Positions 38,971 through 52,400 of a stretch of DNA of 64,000 nt are shown one piece after another (the stretch's first letter is position 1; each line of letters begins with the position of its first letter). The stretch is from Tubulanus polymorphus. Lineage: Eukaryota; Animalia; Nemertea. A model generated the notes under the pieces. The model searched no databases. It was not told where the DNA came from and saw only the letters and a list, made by a program, of their open reading frames with translations. Made by a program: the position numbers and the translations under genes. The stretch lies in NCBI RefSeq assembly GCF_964204645.1, contig NC_134036.1:5238600-5302599 (forward strand), read 5' to 3'.

Positions 38971-39319
38971 CGTTAATTCGTTTTGCCGCATGTTATACAG
39001 TAACGTGAATAAATAAACGTACATCTACATAAAATGCTCGTCTCTACTAAAAATCTTTGTCTCGGGCACTTTGCCCCGGAAAGGACTCTTCCCCCTCACA
39101 ACTTCACACTCTACCCTCTTCCACTCGGCCTCGGAAAGGACTCGCTCGGAAAAGAACTCTTCCGCTTGCAACTTCTCACGTTCAAGGAAAGGACAAAGTC
39201 AAAACGGAAAGGAAAACGCAAAGTACAAATTATTCCAAATTAAATTTATTCCAAATTCAAAGTAGGAATTTCTTACAGCTTGTAAAATTCAACATTTTAT
39301 TGAATCGTCAATAAAATTA

Positions 39320-39384
39320 TGGGATTTGAACCACCAACCATTCGGCTAGCAGCCCAGCACCCTACCAACTACGCTATAGCGGCA
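39320..39384 (-). other. Degenerate tRNA-like/SINE-head fragment (mirror copy at about 63487-63551, + strand)
   Basis: GCCGCTATAGCGTAGTTGGTAG...GGTTCAAATCCC has A and B boxes, but no 3' acceptor strand and a poor anticodon stem. Confidence 0.5.
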
Positions 39385-39504
39385 CATATACAACCTGCAG
39401 GGGAAGTCATATTTATCCATTGCTTAAGCACATTTTATCAAAAAAAATAATGCCATCTACCGGGAGAGAAAGGAACTATTTCCTATCTCAACCCGGTAGA
39501 TGGA

Positions 39505-39690
39505 AGTGAGAGAGGGGAGAGGGGAGAGAAGGAGAACGAGAGAAAGAGAGCGGGGAGGATGAGAGAGGAAAATAAGAGAGGGATGAGAGGAGAATGAGAG
39601 TGGAAGGAGAATGAGAGAGGGGGCGAGGAGAACGAGAATGCGAGAGGATGAGAGAGGGAGCGGGAGAATGAGAGAGAGAGAGAGATAGGA
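39505..39690. repeat. GA-rich polypurine low-complexity tract (TC-rich mirror at about 63105-63350)
   Basis: Almost pure G/A run; its length differs between the arms. Confidence 0.9.
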
Positions 39691-40412
39691 TGGCATATCA
39701 CCTAAACTTCTATGTTCCTTGTTGTTGTCTATCCGTCAGATTCTAGATGCCGGGAGCAGTTTTACATTTTTCAGTTTTCAGTTCAAACACGTATCAGCAG
39801 CAACGTCAAATATTTAGTCCTCGTGGACATAAGAGTTCACTGTAACTGAAGTCGAGTTCGTTTGTTTATACTCTCTGCCCACACATATTTATCCAGTTCA
39901 TCTGATGTAGTCCTGATCAACAAACACAAACAAACGTCAATAGTTCCACCGTGTACGAACGTCCTAAAAATATACATGAAACTTAATAGAATGATTTGAG
40001 GCCACCTATCAAACAGACACAGTAAGAGTTAAGTCTAGTTACCGGTGTATCAGAGAAATGGCAAACTTAGGTAACCCCCAAAATGAGGGTCAAGGGTCAA
40101 ATATTTTTTGTCTCCGATTTCGATGAAATTCAGTGTAGACATGTATTTTGATGTGCTGATCACAAATCCGAAAGAATTTCTCGGATCCAGGGCCCCAAAA
40201 ATGAGAAATTTGAATTTTTAGGGGGACCCCTTAATTTTCAAAAGGCCTTGGACCCCAGAGTTTTTAAGATATTCAAAATCTGATTGCATATTTAGAATCA
40301 GCACCCCTAAAAATAGTAAGGGCTAAAATTTCAAGCAAATCGAAGAGATTCGATTTTTTGGCCAAAAATGGCAAAAATCTAAGGTGTAAGTCCAGGAGTT
40401 TTTTTTCGGGGA

Positions 40413-43400
40413 AAAATTTTCTTTCTCCCATTCCTTCGAAACTTAGTAGAAAGATGTATTCCGGCGTGTAGAATCCGGATCTGCAATGAGATTTTAAATC
40501 GGAGTTCATCTTCATTGCCAAATTAGGGTTTAATTGGCCAAAATATGCACCCCAAAAATGGGGTAGAAAGTCAATTTTTTTTTTTCACTCTATTTGAATA
40601 AAATTTGGTACAGATATGTTTTTTGGGGTGCTGATCACGAATATCAAGTTAGTTTCTGGATCAAAAGCCCCTAAAATGAAATATTCAGGATTTCATGTTT
40701 TGACCCCTAATTTTTGTCACTAATTTTGATGAAATACGATTTTTTATTTAACCCGTAAATGGCATTGAACAAACGTACAATGGAGAAGAAGAGTTAATTT
40801 GCATAAACAATGGAGGCCGAGAGAGAGGAAGAGGAAAAGCGAGGGAGAGAGACAAGAGAGAGACAAGAGCGGGTGAGTGAGAACCATCATCTTATTTCTC
40901 GACAAAACAATGTTCTATAATTCAGAGTCGCATTCTATTTTTGAAATGATTAATTTTTGAATAGCCCGGAACCACGACACAATGAAATACTAACGACCAG
41001 AAACGCTTATGCGTCAAATTAATAGGTCGAATAGGTGATCGACCAAAACTGGTATCTGGCTACAGGTAATCAAATACAGTATTATCAAATAAGCTATGAT
41101 GAAGTTTCAATGTTAACACACTCAATACAATAAGGAGAAGAATATATTCACCTGGCTGTTTGACTAAATCCGAATTAGGTGCCGAAAATCTTCCAATGTT
41201 GTTGTAAATCCATCAATGCTTTCAGGTTTTAGTTCATAGTCCAAACACATTTTAAATTTAATCTGTTGACAGCATCGCGAAACTATTTAAGTCGATGGTA
41301 TGGCGAATCCTCGGGAGACAGTTTTTAACGCTATGATGCATTCCTTAGTTCACTGAGTGCTCCGTGAATGTTATGTCATGATAGGTCGTTCAGCGTGAAA
41401 CTGCTGGTAAATTCGCGCTTAGAATTCGCCGTTTCAAAGTTCCGTGTAGAGGCAAAATCGATGAAATATCCAAGATGTCGAAGATGATCAGGATCGAGTC
41501 CACCATGGATTATGAAATTTAAAACAAAGGGAAACAAAATTACAATTGCATTTACACACATCTAAACGGTGCCAGTGACAATCAAACTTTGCAGTAGGCA
41601 GGGCACAGTTTAACAGTTGTGGCTCAAGTCAAATATGTTTTGGAATTTGGAAAGTTGGTAGATTGGTTTTTTCCGGAGTGTTTACTGTGCTTACCTATTA
41701 CATCCTTTTAAACACTTTGCTGAAATCAAAGTAATTTTCAGCACCTTCAGAAGCATTTCCATTTTGAAGGAGTTTTTAAGGTAGGACAATGTCAAATCAA
41801 CGAACCGAAACTAAAACGAACTTGGATAGAACTCTTTCGAGATCAATAAATACAACAGTTTAGATCGACGAGTTGATATCGACGCCATTGGGTTCGAGTC
41901 CCGATTATTCCAGCGGTTCAGAGGTTATATGGTGTAATGTAAATTTCGACAAATAATGCAACTAGGATTTCGGCAAATAATGCAACTAGACCTTAGATTT
42001 CCTTTTCACTAAGCCGAAATATTGAAAAGCAATGGAATACAGCAGTTAGATTGACGAGTAGGCGCCATAACGACATGATGCATGATACAAGATAATTTGG
42101 GTTCGAGTCCCAATTATTCCAGCAGCAAAGTTGTTTTAATGTGAAATTGAAATTTCGGCTAATATAAGACCAGAGCTTCGATTACTTACTGAAAACCACG
42201 GAATATTTTATACAGTCGTTTCGATATTTCGCCTGTTTTTTTCTACCCCCATAAAATCCTTATGAACAAATTTTGAATAGCGGCACATTATTAGGATTAT
42301 CGTATTCTAACTAATTACATAGATTCAAATCAAAAATAAGTCAAATTTAACACAAGAACTAATTTTAAATTATGAATAATAAATAATTAATTTGAGTTTA
42401 AATTAATACTAATTTCAAAGGTTCAAAGCACAGACAATGAGTTTAATTGAAGACAATGATTAATTTCAAAGGGTCAAAGCCTAAACACTAAGTTAAATGA
42501 AAGAAAATGAATTATTACATAGATTGCAAGCCTATACAATGGGTTTAATTGAAAACAAAAACTAATTTTATAGATGAATTGAAGGAAAAAACTAATTTCA
42601 AAGATTCCAAGCCTAAACAATAAGCTTAATTGAAGACAATAACTTATTTCATAGATTGCAAGCCTAAACAATGGGTTCAATTCAAACATTCTAATTTAAG
42701 CCAAAACAACGAGTTTAGTTAAACACAATAACTAATTTCAAAGCCTCAAAGCCTAAACAATGAGTTTCATAGAAGAAAATAACTTATTTTATAAATTAAA
42801 AGCCAAAACAATGAGGACAATAACTCCTTTCAAAGATTCCAAGCCTAAACAAAAAGCTTAATTGAAGGCAATAACTAACTTCATAGATTAATTGATGGCA
42901 ATCACTAATTTCAAAGATTCCAAGCCTAAACAAAGAGCTTAATTGAAGAAAATTACTAATTTCATAGATTCAAAGCCTAAACAATGAGTTTAATTGAAGG
43001 CAATAACTAATTTCAAACATTTTAAGCCTAAAAAATGAGTTTAATTGAATAAAATAACTAATTCATAAGATTCAAAGCTTAAACAATTAGTGAAGTTGAA
43101 GAAAACAACTAATTTCATAGATTCCAAGCCTAAACAATGAGTTTAATTGAAGGCAATAACTAATTTCAAACATTTTAAGCCTAAACAATGATTTTAATTG
43201 AATAAAATAACTAATTCAAAAGATTCAAAGCTTAAACAATTAGTGAAGTTGAAGAAAACAACAAATTTCATAGATTCCAAGCCTAAACAATGAGTTTAAT
43301 TGAAGACACTAACTGATTTCAAACATTTTAAGCATAGACAATGAGTTTAATTGAAGACGATAATTAATTTCAAAGATTCAAAGCCCAAACAATGAGTTTA

Positions 43401-46400
43401 ATTGAAGAAAATGATTAATTTCAAAGGGTCAAAGCCTAAACAATAAGTTAAATTCAAGACAATAAATTATTACATAGATTGCAAGCCTAAACAATGGGTT
43501 TCATTGAAAACAAAAACTAATTTTATAGATGAATTGAAGACAATTACTAATTTCAAAGATTCCAAGCCTAAACAATAAGCTTAATTGAAAACAATAACTT
43601 ATTTCATAGATTACAAGCCTAAACAATGGGTTCAATTCAAACATTCTAATCTAAGCCAAAACAACGAGTTTAATTAAACACAATAACTAATAACAAAGCC
43701 TCAAAGCCTAAACAATGAGTTTAATTGAAGAAAATAACTTATTTCATGAATTCAAAGCCAAAACAATGAAGACAATAACTTCTTTCAAAGATTCCAAGCC
43801 TAAACAAAAAGCTTAATTGAAGGCAATAACTAACTTCATAGATTAATTGATGGCAATAACTAATTTCAAGATTCCAAGCCTAAACAAAGAGCTTAATTGA
43901 AGACAATTACTAATTTCAAAGATTCAAACCCATACAATCAGTTTAATTGGAGACAATAAATAATTACATACATTCATAGCACAAAAATGAGTTTAATTTG
44001 AGTTTGAATTAAGGCAATAACTAATTTCATAGATTCAAAGCCTAAACAATGAGTTTAATTGAAGGCAATAACTAATTTCAAACATTTTAAGCCTAAACAC
44101 TGAGTTTAATTGAAGAAAATTACTAATTTCAAAGATTAAAAGCCCAAACAATGAGTTTGATTGAAGACAATAACTTATTTCATAAATTCAACAACAAAAG
44201 AATGCGTTACATTGAAGACAATAACAAAATTCAAAAGATTCAAAGCCTAAACAATTAGTGAAATTGGAGAAAACAACTAATTTCATAGATTCCAAGCCTC
44301 AGCAATGAGTTTAATTGAAGACAATAACTAATTTCACACATTTTAAGCATAAACAGTGAGTTTAATTGAAGACGATAACTAATTTCAAAGATTCAAAGCC
44401 CAAACAATGAGTTTAATTGAAGAAAATGATTAATTTCAATGGGTCAAAGCCTAAACAATAAGTTAAGATAAAGACAATAAATGATTACATAGATTGCAAG
44501 CCTAAACAATGGGTTTAATTGAAAACAAAAACTAATTTTATAGATGAATTGAAGGAAAAAACTAATTTCAAAGATTCCAAGCCTAAACAATAAGCTTAAT
44601 TGAAGACAATAACTTATTTCATAGATTGCAAGCCTAAACAATGGGTTCAATTCAAACATTCTAATTTAAGCCAAAACAACGAGTTAATTAAATACAATAC
44701 CTAATTTCAAAGTCTCAAAGCCTAAACAATGAGTTTAATTGAAGAAAATAACTTATTTTATAAATTCAAAGCCAAAACAATGAAGACAATAACTCATTTC
44801 AAAGATTCCAAGCCTAAACAAAAAGCTTAATTGAAGGCAATAAGTAACTTCATAGATTAATTGATGGCAATAACTACTTTCAAAGATTCCAAGCCTAAAC
44901 AAAGAGCTTAATTGAAGACAATTACTAATTTCAAAGATTCAAAGCCCGAACAATGAGTTTAATTTGAGACAATAACTAATTATATAGATTCATCGCACGA
45001 AAATGAGTTTAATTTGAGTTTGAATTAAGGCAATAACTAATTTCAAATATTTTAAGCCTAAACAATGAGTTTAATTGAAGAAAATAACTAATTTCAAAGA
45101 TTAAAAGCCCAAACAATGAGTTTGATTGAAGCCAATAACTTATTTCATAAATTCAACAAACATTAAGCATAGACAATGAGTTTAATTGAAGACGATAATT
45201 AATCTCAAAGATTCAAAGCCCAAACAATGAGTTTAATTGAAGAAAAAGATTAATTTCAAAGGGTCAAAGCCTAAACAATAAGTTAAATTCAAGACAATAA
45301 ATTATTACATAGATTGCAAGCCTAAACAATGGGTTTAATTGAAAACAAAAACTAATTTTATAGATGAATTGAAGACAATTACTAATTTCAAAGATTCCAA
45401 GCCTAAACAATAAGCTTAATTGAAGACAATAACTTATTTCATAGATTACAAGCCTAAACAATGGGTTCAATTCAAACATTCTAATCTAAGCCAAAACAAC
45501 GAGTTTAATTAAACACAATAACTAATTACAAAGCCTCAAAGCCTAAACAATGAGTTTAATTGAAGAAAATAACTTATTTCATAAATTCAAAGCCAAAACA
45601 ATGAAAAGAATAACTTCTTTCAAAGATTCCAAGCCTAAACAAAAAGCCTAATTGAAGGCAATAACTAACTTCATAGATTAATTGATGGCAATAACTAATT
45701 TCAAGATTCCAAGCCTAAACAAAGAGCTTAATTGAAGACAATTACTAATTTCAAAGATTCAAACCCATACAATCAGTTTAATTGGAGACAATAAATAATT
45801 ACATACATTCATAGCACAAAAATGAGTTTAATTTGAGTTTGAATTAAGGCAATAACTAATTTCATAGATTCAAAGCCTAAACAATGAGTTTAATTGAAGG
45901 CAATAACTAATTTCAAACATTTTAAGCCTAAACACTGAGTTTAATTGAAGAAAATTACTAATTTCAAAGATTAAAAGCCCAAACAATGAGTTTGATTGAA
46001 GACAATAACTTATTTCATAAATTCAACAACAAAAGAATGCGTTACATTGAAGACAATAACAAAATTCAAAAGATTCAAAGCCTAAACAATTAGTGTAATT
46101 GAAGACAATAACTAATTTCATAGATTCAAAGCCTAAACAAAGAGTTTAATTGAAGGCAATAACTTATTTCAAACATTTTAAGCATGAACAATGAGTTTAA
46201 TTGAAGACAATTACTAATTTCAAACATTTAAGCCTAAACAATGAGTTTAAATTGAAAACAATAACTAATTCAAAAGATTCAAAGCCTAAACAATTAGTGA
46301 AATTGGAGAAAACAACTAATTTCATAGATTCCAAGCCTCAGCAATGAGTTTAATTGAAGACAATAACTAATTTCACACATTTTAAGCATAAACAGTGAGT

Positions 46401-49400
46401 TTAATTGAAGACGATAACTAATTTCAAAGATTCAAAGCCCAAACAATGAGTTTAATTGAAGAAAATGATTAATTTCAATGGGTCAAAGCCTAAACAATAA
46501 GTTAAGATAAAGACAATAAATGATTACATAGATTGCAAGCCTAAACAATGGGTTTAATTGAAAACAAAAACTAATTTTATAGATGAATTGAAGGAAAAAA
46601 CTAATTTCAAAGATTCCAAGCCTAAACAATAAGCTTAATTGAAGACAATAACTTATTTCATAGATTGCAAGCCTAAACAATGGGTTCAATTCAAACATTC
46701 TAATTTAAGCCAAAACAACGAGTTAATTAAATACAATACCTAATTTCAAAGTCTCAAAGCCTAAACAATGAGTTTAATTGAAGAAAATAACTTATTTTAT
46801 AAATTCAAAGCCAAAACAATGAAGACAATAACTCATTTCAAAGATTCCAAGCCTAAACAAAAAGCTTAATTGAAGGCAATAAGTAACTTCATAGATTAAT
46901 TGATGGCAATAACTACTTTCAAAGATTCCAAGCCTAAACAAAGAGCTTAATTGAAGACAATTACTAATTTCAAAGATTCAAAGCCCGAACAATGAGTTTA
47001 ATTTGAGACAATAACTAATTATATAGATTCATCGCACGAAAATGAGTTTAATTTGAGTTTGAATTAAGGCAATAACTAATTTCAAATATTTTAAGCCTAA
47101 ACAATGAGTTTAATTGAAGAAAATAACTAATTTCAAAGATTAAAAGCCCAAACAATGAGTTTGATTGAAGCCAAAATTTTCTTTCTCCCATTCCTTCGAA
47201 ACTTAGTAGAAAGATGTATTCCGGCGTGTAGAATCCGGATCTGCAATGAGATTTTAAATCGGAGTTCATCTTCATTGCCAAATTAGGGTTTAATTGGCCA
47301 AAATATGCACCCCAAAAATGGGGTAGAAAGTCAATTTTTTTTTTTCACTCTATTTGAATAAAATTTGGTACAGATATGTTTTTTGGGGTGCTGATCACGA
47401 ATATCAAGTTAGTTTCTGGATCAAAAGCCCCTAAAATGAAATATTCAGGATTTCATGTTTTGACCCCTAATTTTTGTCACTAATTTTGATGAAATACGAT
47501 TTTTTATTTAACCCGTAAATGGCATTGAACAAACGTACAATGGAGAAGAAGAGTTAATTTGCATAAACAATGGAGGCCGAGAGAGAGGAAGAGGAAAAGC
47601 GAGGGAGAGAGACAAGAGAGAGACAAGAGCGGGTGAGTGAGAACCATCATCTTATTTCTCGACAAAACAATGTTCTATAATTCAGAGTCGCATTCTATTT
47701 TTGAAATGATTAATTTTTGAATAGCCCGGAACCACGACACAATGAAATACTAACGACCAGAAACGCTTATGCGTCAAATTAATAGGTCGAATAGGTGATC
47801 GACCAAAACTGGTATCTGGCTACAGGTAATCAAATACAGTATTATCAAATAAGCTATGATGAAGTTTCAATGTTAACACACTCAATACAATAAGGAGAAG
47901 AATATATTCACCTGGCTGTTTGACTAAATCCGAATTAGGTGCCGAAAATCTTCCAATGTTGTTGTAAATCCATCAATGCTTTCAGGTTTTAGTTCATAGT
48001 CCAAACACATTTTAAATTTAATCTGTTGACAGCATCGCGAAACTATTTAAGTCGATGGTATGGCGAATCCTCGGGAGACAGTTTTTAACGCTATGATGCA
48101 TTCCTTAGTTCACTGAGTGCTCCGTGAATGTTATGTCATGATAGGTCGTTCAGCGTGAAACTGCTGGTAAATTCGCGCTTAGAATTCGCCGTTTCAAAGT
48201 TCCGTGTAGAGGCAAAATCGATGAAATATCCAAGATGTCGAAGATGATCAGGATCGAGTCCACCATGGATTATGAAATTTAAAACAAAGGGAAACAAAAT
48301 TACAATTGCATTTACACACATCTAAACGGTGCCAGTGACAATCAAACTTTGCAGTAGGCAGGGCACAGTTTAACAGTTGTGGCTCAAGTCAAATATGTTT
48401 TGGAATTTGGAAAGTTGGTAGATTGGTTTTTTCCGGAGTGTTTACTGTGCTTACCTATTACATCCTTTTAAACACTTTGCTGAAATCAAAGTAATTTTCA
48501 GCACCTTCAGAAGCATTTCCATTTTGAAGGAGTTTTTAAGGTAGGACAATGTCAAATCAACGAACCGAAACTAAAACGAACTTGGATAGAACTCTTTCGA
48601 GATCAATAAATACAACAGTTTAGATCGACGAGTTGATATCGACGCCATTGGGTTCGAGTCCCGATTATTCCAGCGGTTCAGAGGTTATATGGTGTAATGT
48701 AAATTTCGACAAATAATGCAACTAGGATTTCGGCAAATAATGCAACTAGACCTTAGATTTCCTTTTCACTAAGCCGAAATATTGAAAAGCAATGGAATAC
48801 AGCAGTTAGATTGACGAGTAGGCGCCATAACGACATGATGCATGATACAAGATAATTTGGGTTCGAGTCCCAATTATTCCAGCAGCAAAGTTGTTTTAAT
48901 GTGAAATTGAAATTTCGGCTAATATAAGACCAGAGCTTCGATTACTTACTGAAAACCACGGAATATTTTATACAGTCGTTTCGATATTTCGCCTGTTTTT
49001 TTCTACCCCCATAAAATCCTTATGAACAAATTTTGAATAGCGGCACATTATTAGGATTATCGTATTCTAACTAATTACATAGATTCAAATCAAAAATAAG
49101 TCAAATTTAACACAAGAACTAATTTTAAATTATGAATAATAAATAATTAATTTGAGTTTAAATTAATACTAATTTCAAAGGTTCAAAGCACAGACAATGA
49201 GTTTAATTGAAGACAATGATTAATTTCAAAGGGTCAAAGCCTAAACACTAAGTTAAATGAAAGAAAATGAATTATTACATAGATTGCAAGCCTATACAAT
49301 GGGTTTAATTGAAAACAAAAACTAATTTTATAGATGAATTGAAGGAAAAAACTAATTTCAAAGATTCCAAGCCTAAACAATAAGCTTAATTGAAGACAAT

Positions 49401-52400
49401 AACTTATTTCATAGATTGCAAGCCTAAACAATGGGTTCAATTCAAACATTCTAATTTAAGCCAAAACAACGAGTTTAGTTAAACACAATAACTAATTTCA
49501 AAGCCTCAAAGCCTAAACAATGAGTTTCATAGAAGAAAATAACTTATTTTATAAATTAAAAGCCAAAACAATGAGGACAATAACTCCTTTCAAAGATTCC
49601 AAGCCTAAACAAAAAGCTTAATTGAAGGCAATAACTAACTTCATAGATTAATTGATGGCAATCACTAATTTCAAAGATTCCAAGCCTAAACAAAGAGCTT
49701 AATTGAAGAAAATTACTAATTTCATAGATTCAAAGCCTAAACAATGAGTTTAATTGAAGGCAATAACTAATTTCAAACATTTTAAGCCTAAAAAATGAGT
49801 TTAATTGAATAAAATAACTAATTCATAAGATTCAAAGCTTAAACAATTAGTGAAGTTGAAGAAAACAACTAATTTCATAGATTCCAAGCCTAAACAATGA
49901 GTTTAATTGAAGGCAATAACTAATTTCAAACATTTTAAGCCTAAACAATGATTTTAATTGAATAAAATAACTAATTCAAAAGATTCAAAGCTTAAACAAT
50001 TAGTGAAGTTGAAGAAAACAACAAATTTCATAGATTCCAAGCCTAAACAATGAGTTTAATTGAAGACACTAACTGATTTCAAACATTTTAAGCATAGACA
50101 ATGAGTTTAATTGAAGACGATAATTAATTTCAAAGATTCAAAGCCCAAACAATGAGTTTAATTGAAGAAAATGATTAATTTCAAAGGGTCAAAGCCTAAA
50201 CAATAAGTTAAATTCAAGACAATAAATTATTACATAGATTGCAAGCCTAAACAATGGGTTTCATTGAAAACAAAAACTAATTTTATAGATGAATTGAAGA
50301 CAATTACTAATTTCAAAGATTCCAAGCCTAAACAATAAGCTTAATTGAAAACAATAACTTATTTCATAGATTACAAGCCTAAACAATGGGTTCAATTCAA
50401 ACATTCTAATCTAAGCCAAAACAACGAGTTTAATTAAACACAATAACTAATAACAAAGCCTCAAAGCCTAAACAATGAGTTTAATTGAAGAAAATAACTT
50501 ATTTCATGAATTCAAAGCCAAAACAATGAAGACAATAACTTCTTTCAAAGATTCCAAGCCTAAACAAAAAGCTTAATTGAAGGCAATAACTAACTTCATA
50601 GATTAATTGATGGCAATAACTAATTTCAAGATTCCAAGCCTAAACAAAGAGCTTAATTGAAGACAATTACTAATTTCAAAGATTCAAACCCATACAATCA
50701 GTTTAATTGGAGACAATAAATAATTACATACATTCATAGCACAAAAATGAGTTTAATTTGAGTTTGAATTAAGGCAATAACTAATTTCATAGATTCAAAG
50801 CCTAAACAATGAGTTTAATTGAAGGCAATAACTAATTTCAAACATTTTAAGCCTAAACACTGAGTTTAATTGAAGAAAATTACTAATTTCAAAGATTAAA
50901 AGCCCAAACAATGAGTTTGATTGAAGACAATAACTTATTTCATAAATTCAACAACAAAAGAATGCGTTACATTGAAGACAATAACAAAATTCAAAAGATT
51001 CAAAGCCTAAACAATTAGTGAAATTGGAGAAAACAACTAATTTCATAGATTCCAAGCCTCAGCAATGAGTTTAATTGAAGACAATAACTAATTTCACACA
51101 TTTTAAGCATAAACAGTGAGTTTAATTGAAGACGATAACTAATTTCAAAGATTCAAAGCCCAAACAATGAGTTTAATTGAAGAAAATGATTAATTTCAAT
51201 GGGTCAAAGCCTAAACAATAAGTTAAGATAAAGACAATAAATGATTACATAGATTGCAAGCCTAAACAATGGGTTTAATTGAAAACAAAAACTAATTTTA
51301 TAGATGAATTGAAGGAAAAAACTAATTTCAAAGATTCCAAGCCTAAACAATAAGCTTAATTGAAGACAATAACTTATTTCATAGATTGCAAGCCTAAACA
51401 ATGGGTTCAATTCAAACATTCTAATTTAAGCCAAAACAACGAGTTAATTAAATACAATACCTAATTTCAAAGTCTCAAAGCCTAAACAATGAGTTTAATT
51501 GAAGAAAATAACTTATTTTATAAATTCAAAGCCAAAACAATGAAGACAATAACTCATTTCAAAGATTCCAAGCCTAAACAAAAAGCTTAATTGAAGGCAA
51601 TAAGTAACTTCATAGATTAATTGATGGCAATAACTACTTTCAAAGATTCCAAGCCTAAACAAAGAGCTTAATTGAAGACAATTACTAATTTCAAAGATTC
51701 AAAGCCCGAACAATGAGTTTAATTTGAGACAATAACTAATTATATAGATTCATCGCACGAAAATGAGTTTAATTTGAGTTTGAATTAAGGCAATAACTAA
51801 TTTCAAATATTTTAAGCCTAAACAATGAGTTTAATTGAAGAAAATAACTAATTTCAAAGATTAAAAGCCCAAACAATGAGTTTGATTGAAGCCAATAACT
51901 TATTTCATAAATTCAACAAACATTAAGCATAGACAATGAGTTTAATTGAAGACGATAATTAATCTCAAAGATTCAAAGCCCAAACAATGAGTTTAATTGA
52001 AGAAAAAGATTAATTTCAAAGGGTCAAAGCCTAAACAATAAGTTAAATTCAAGACAATAAATTATTACATAGATTGCAAGCCTAAACAATGGGTTTAATT
52101 GAAAACAAAAACTAATTTTATAGATGAATTGAAGACAATTACTAATTTCAAAGATTCCAAGCCTAAACAATAAGCTTAATTGAAGACAATAACTTATTTC
52201 ATAGATTACAAGCCTAAACAATGGGTTCAATTCAAACATTCTAATCTAAGCCAAAACAACGAGTTTAATTAAACACAATAACTAATTACAAAGCCTCAAA
52301 GCCTAAACAATGAGTTTAATTGAAGAAAATAACTTATTTCATAAATTCAAAGCCAAAACAATGAAAAGAATAACTTCTTTCAAAGATTCCAAGCCTAAAC

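Noticed and set aside
39034-41561. Short ORFs conserved between the palindrome arms as real genes
   Set aside because: Conservation reflects the DNA duplication; several have frame-changing indels or are low-complexity, and none has recognisable domains.
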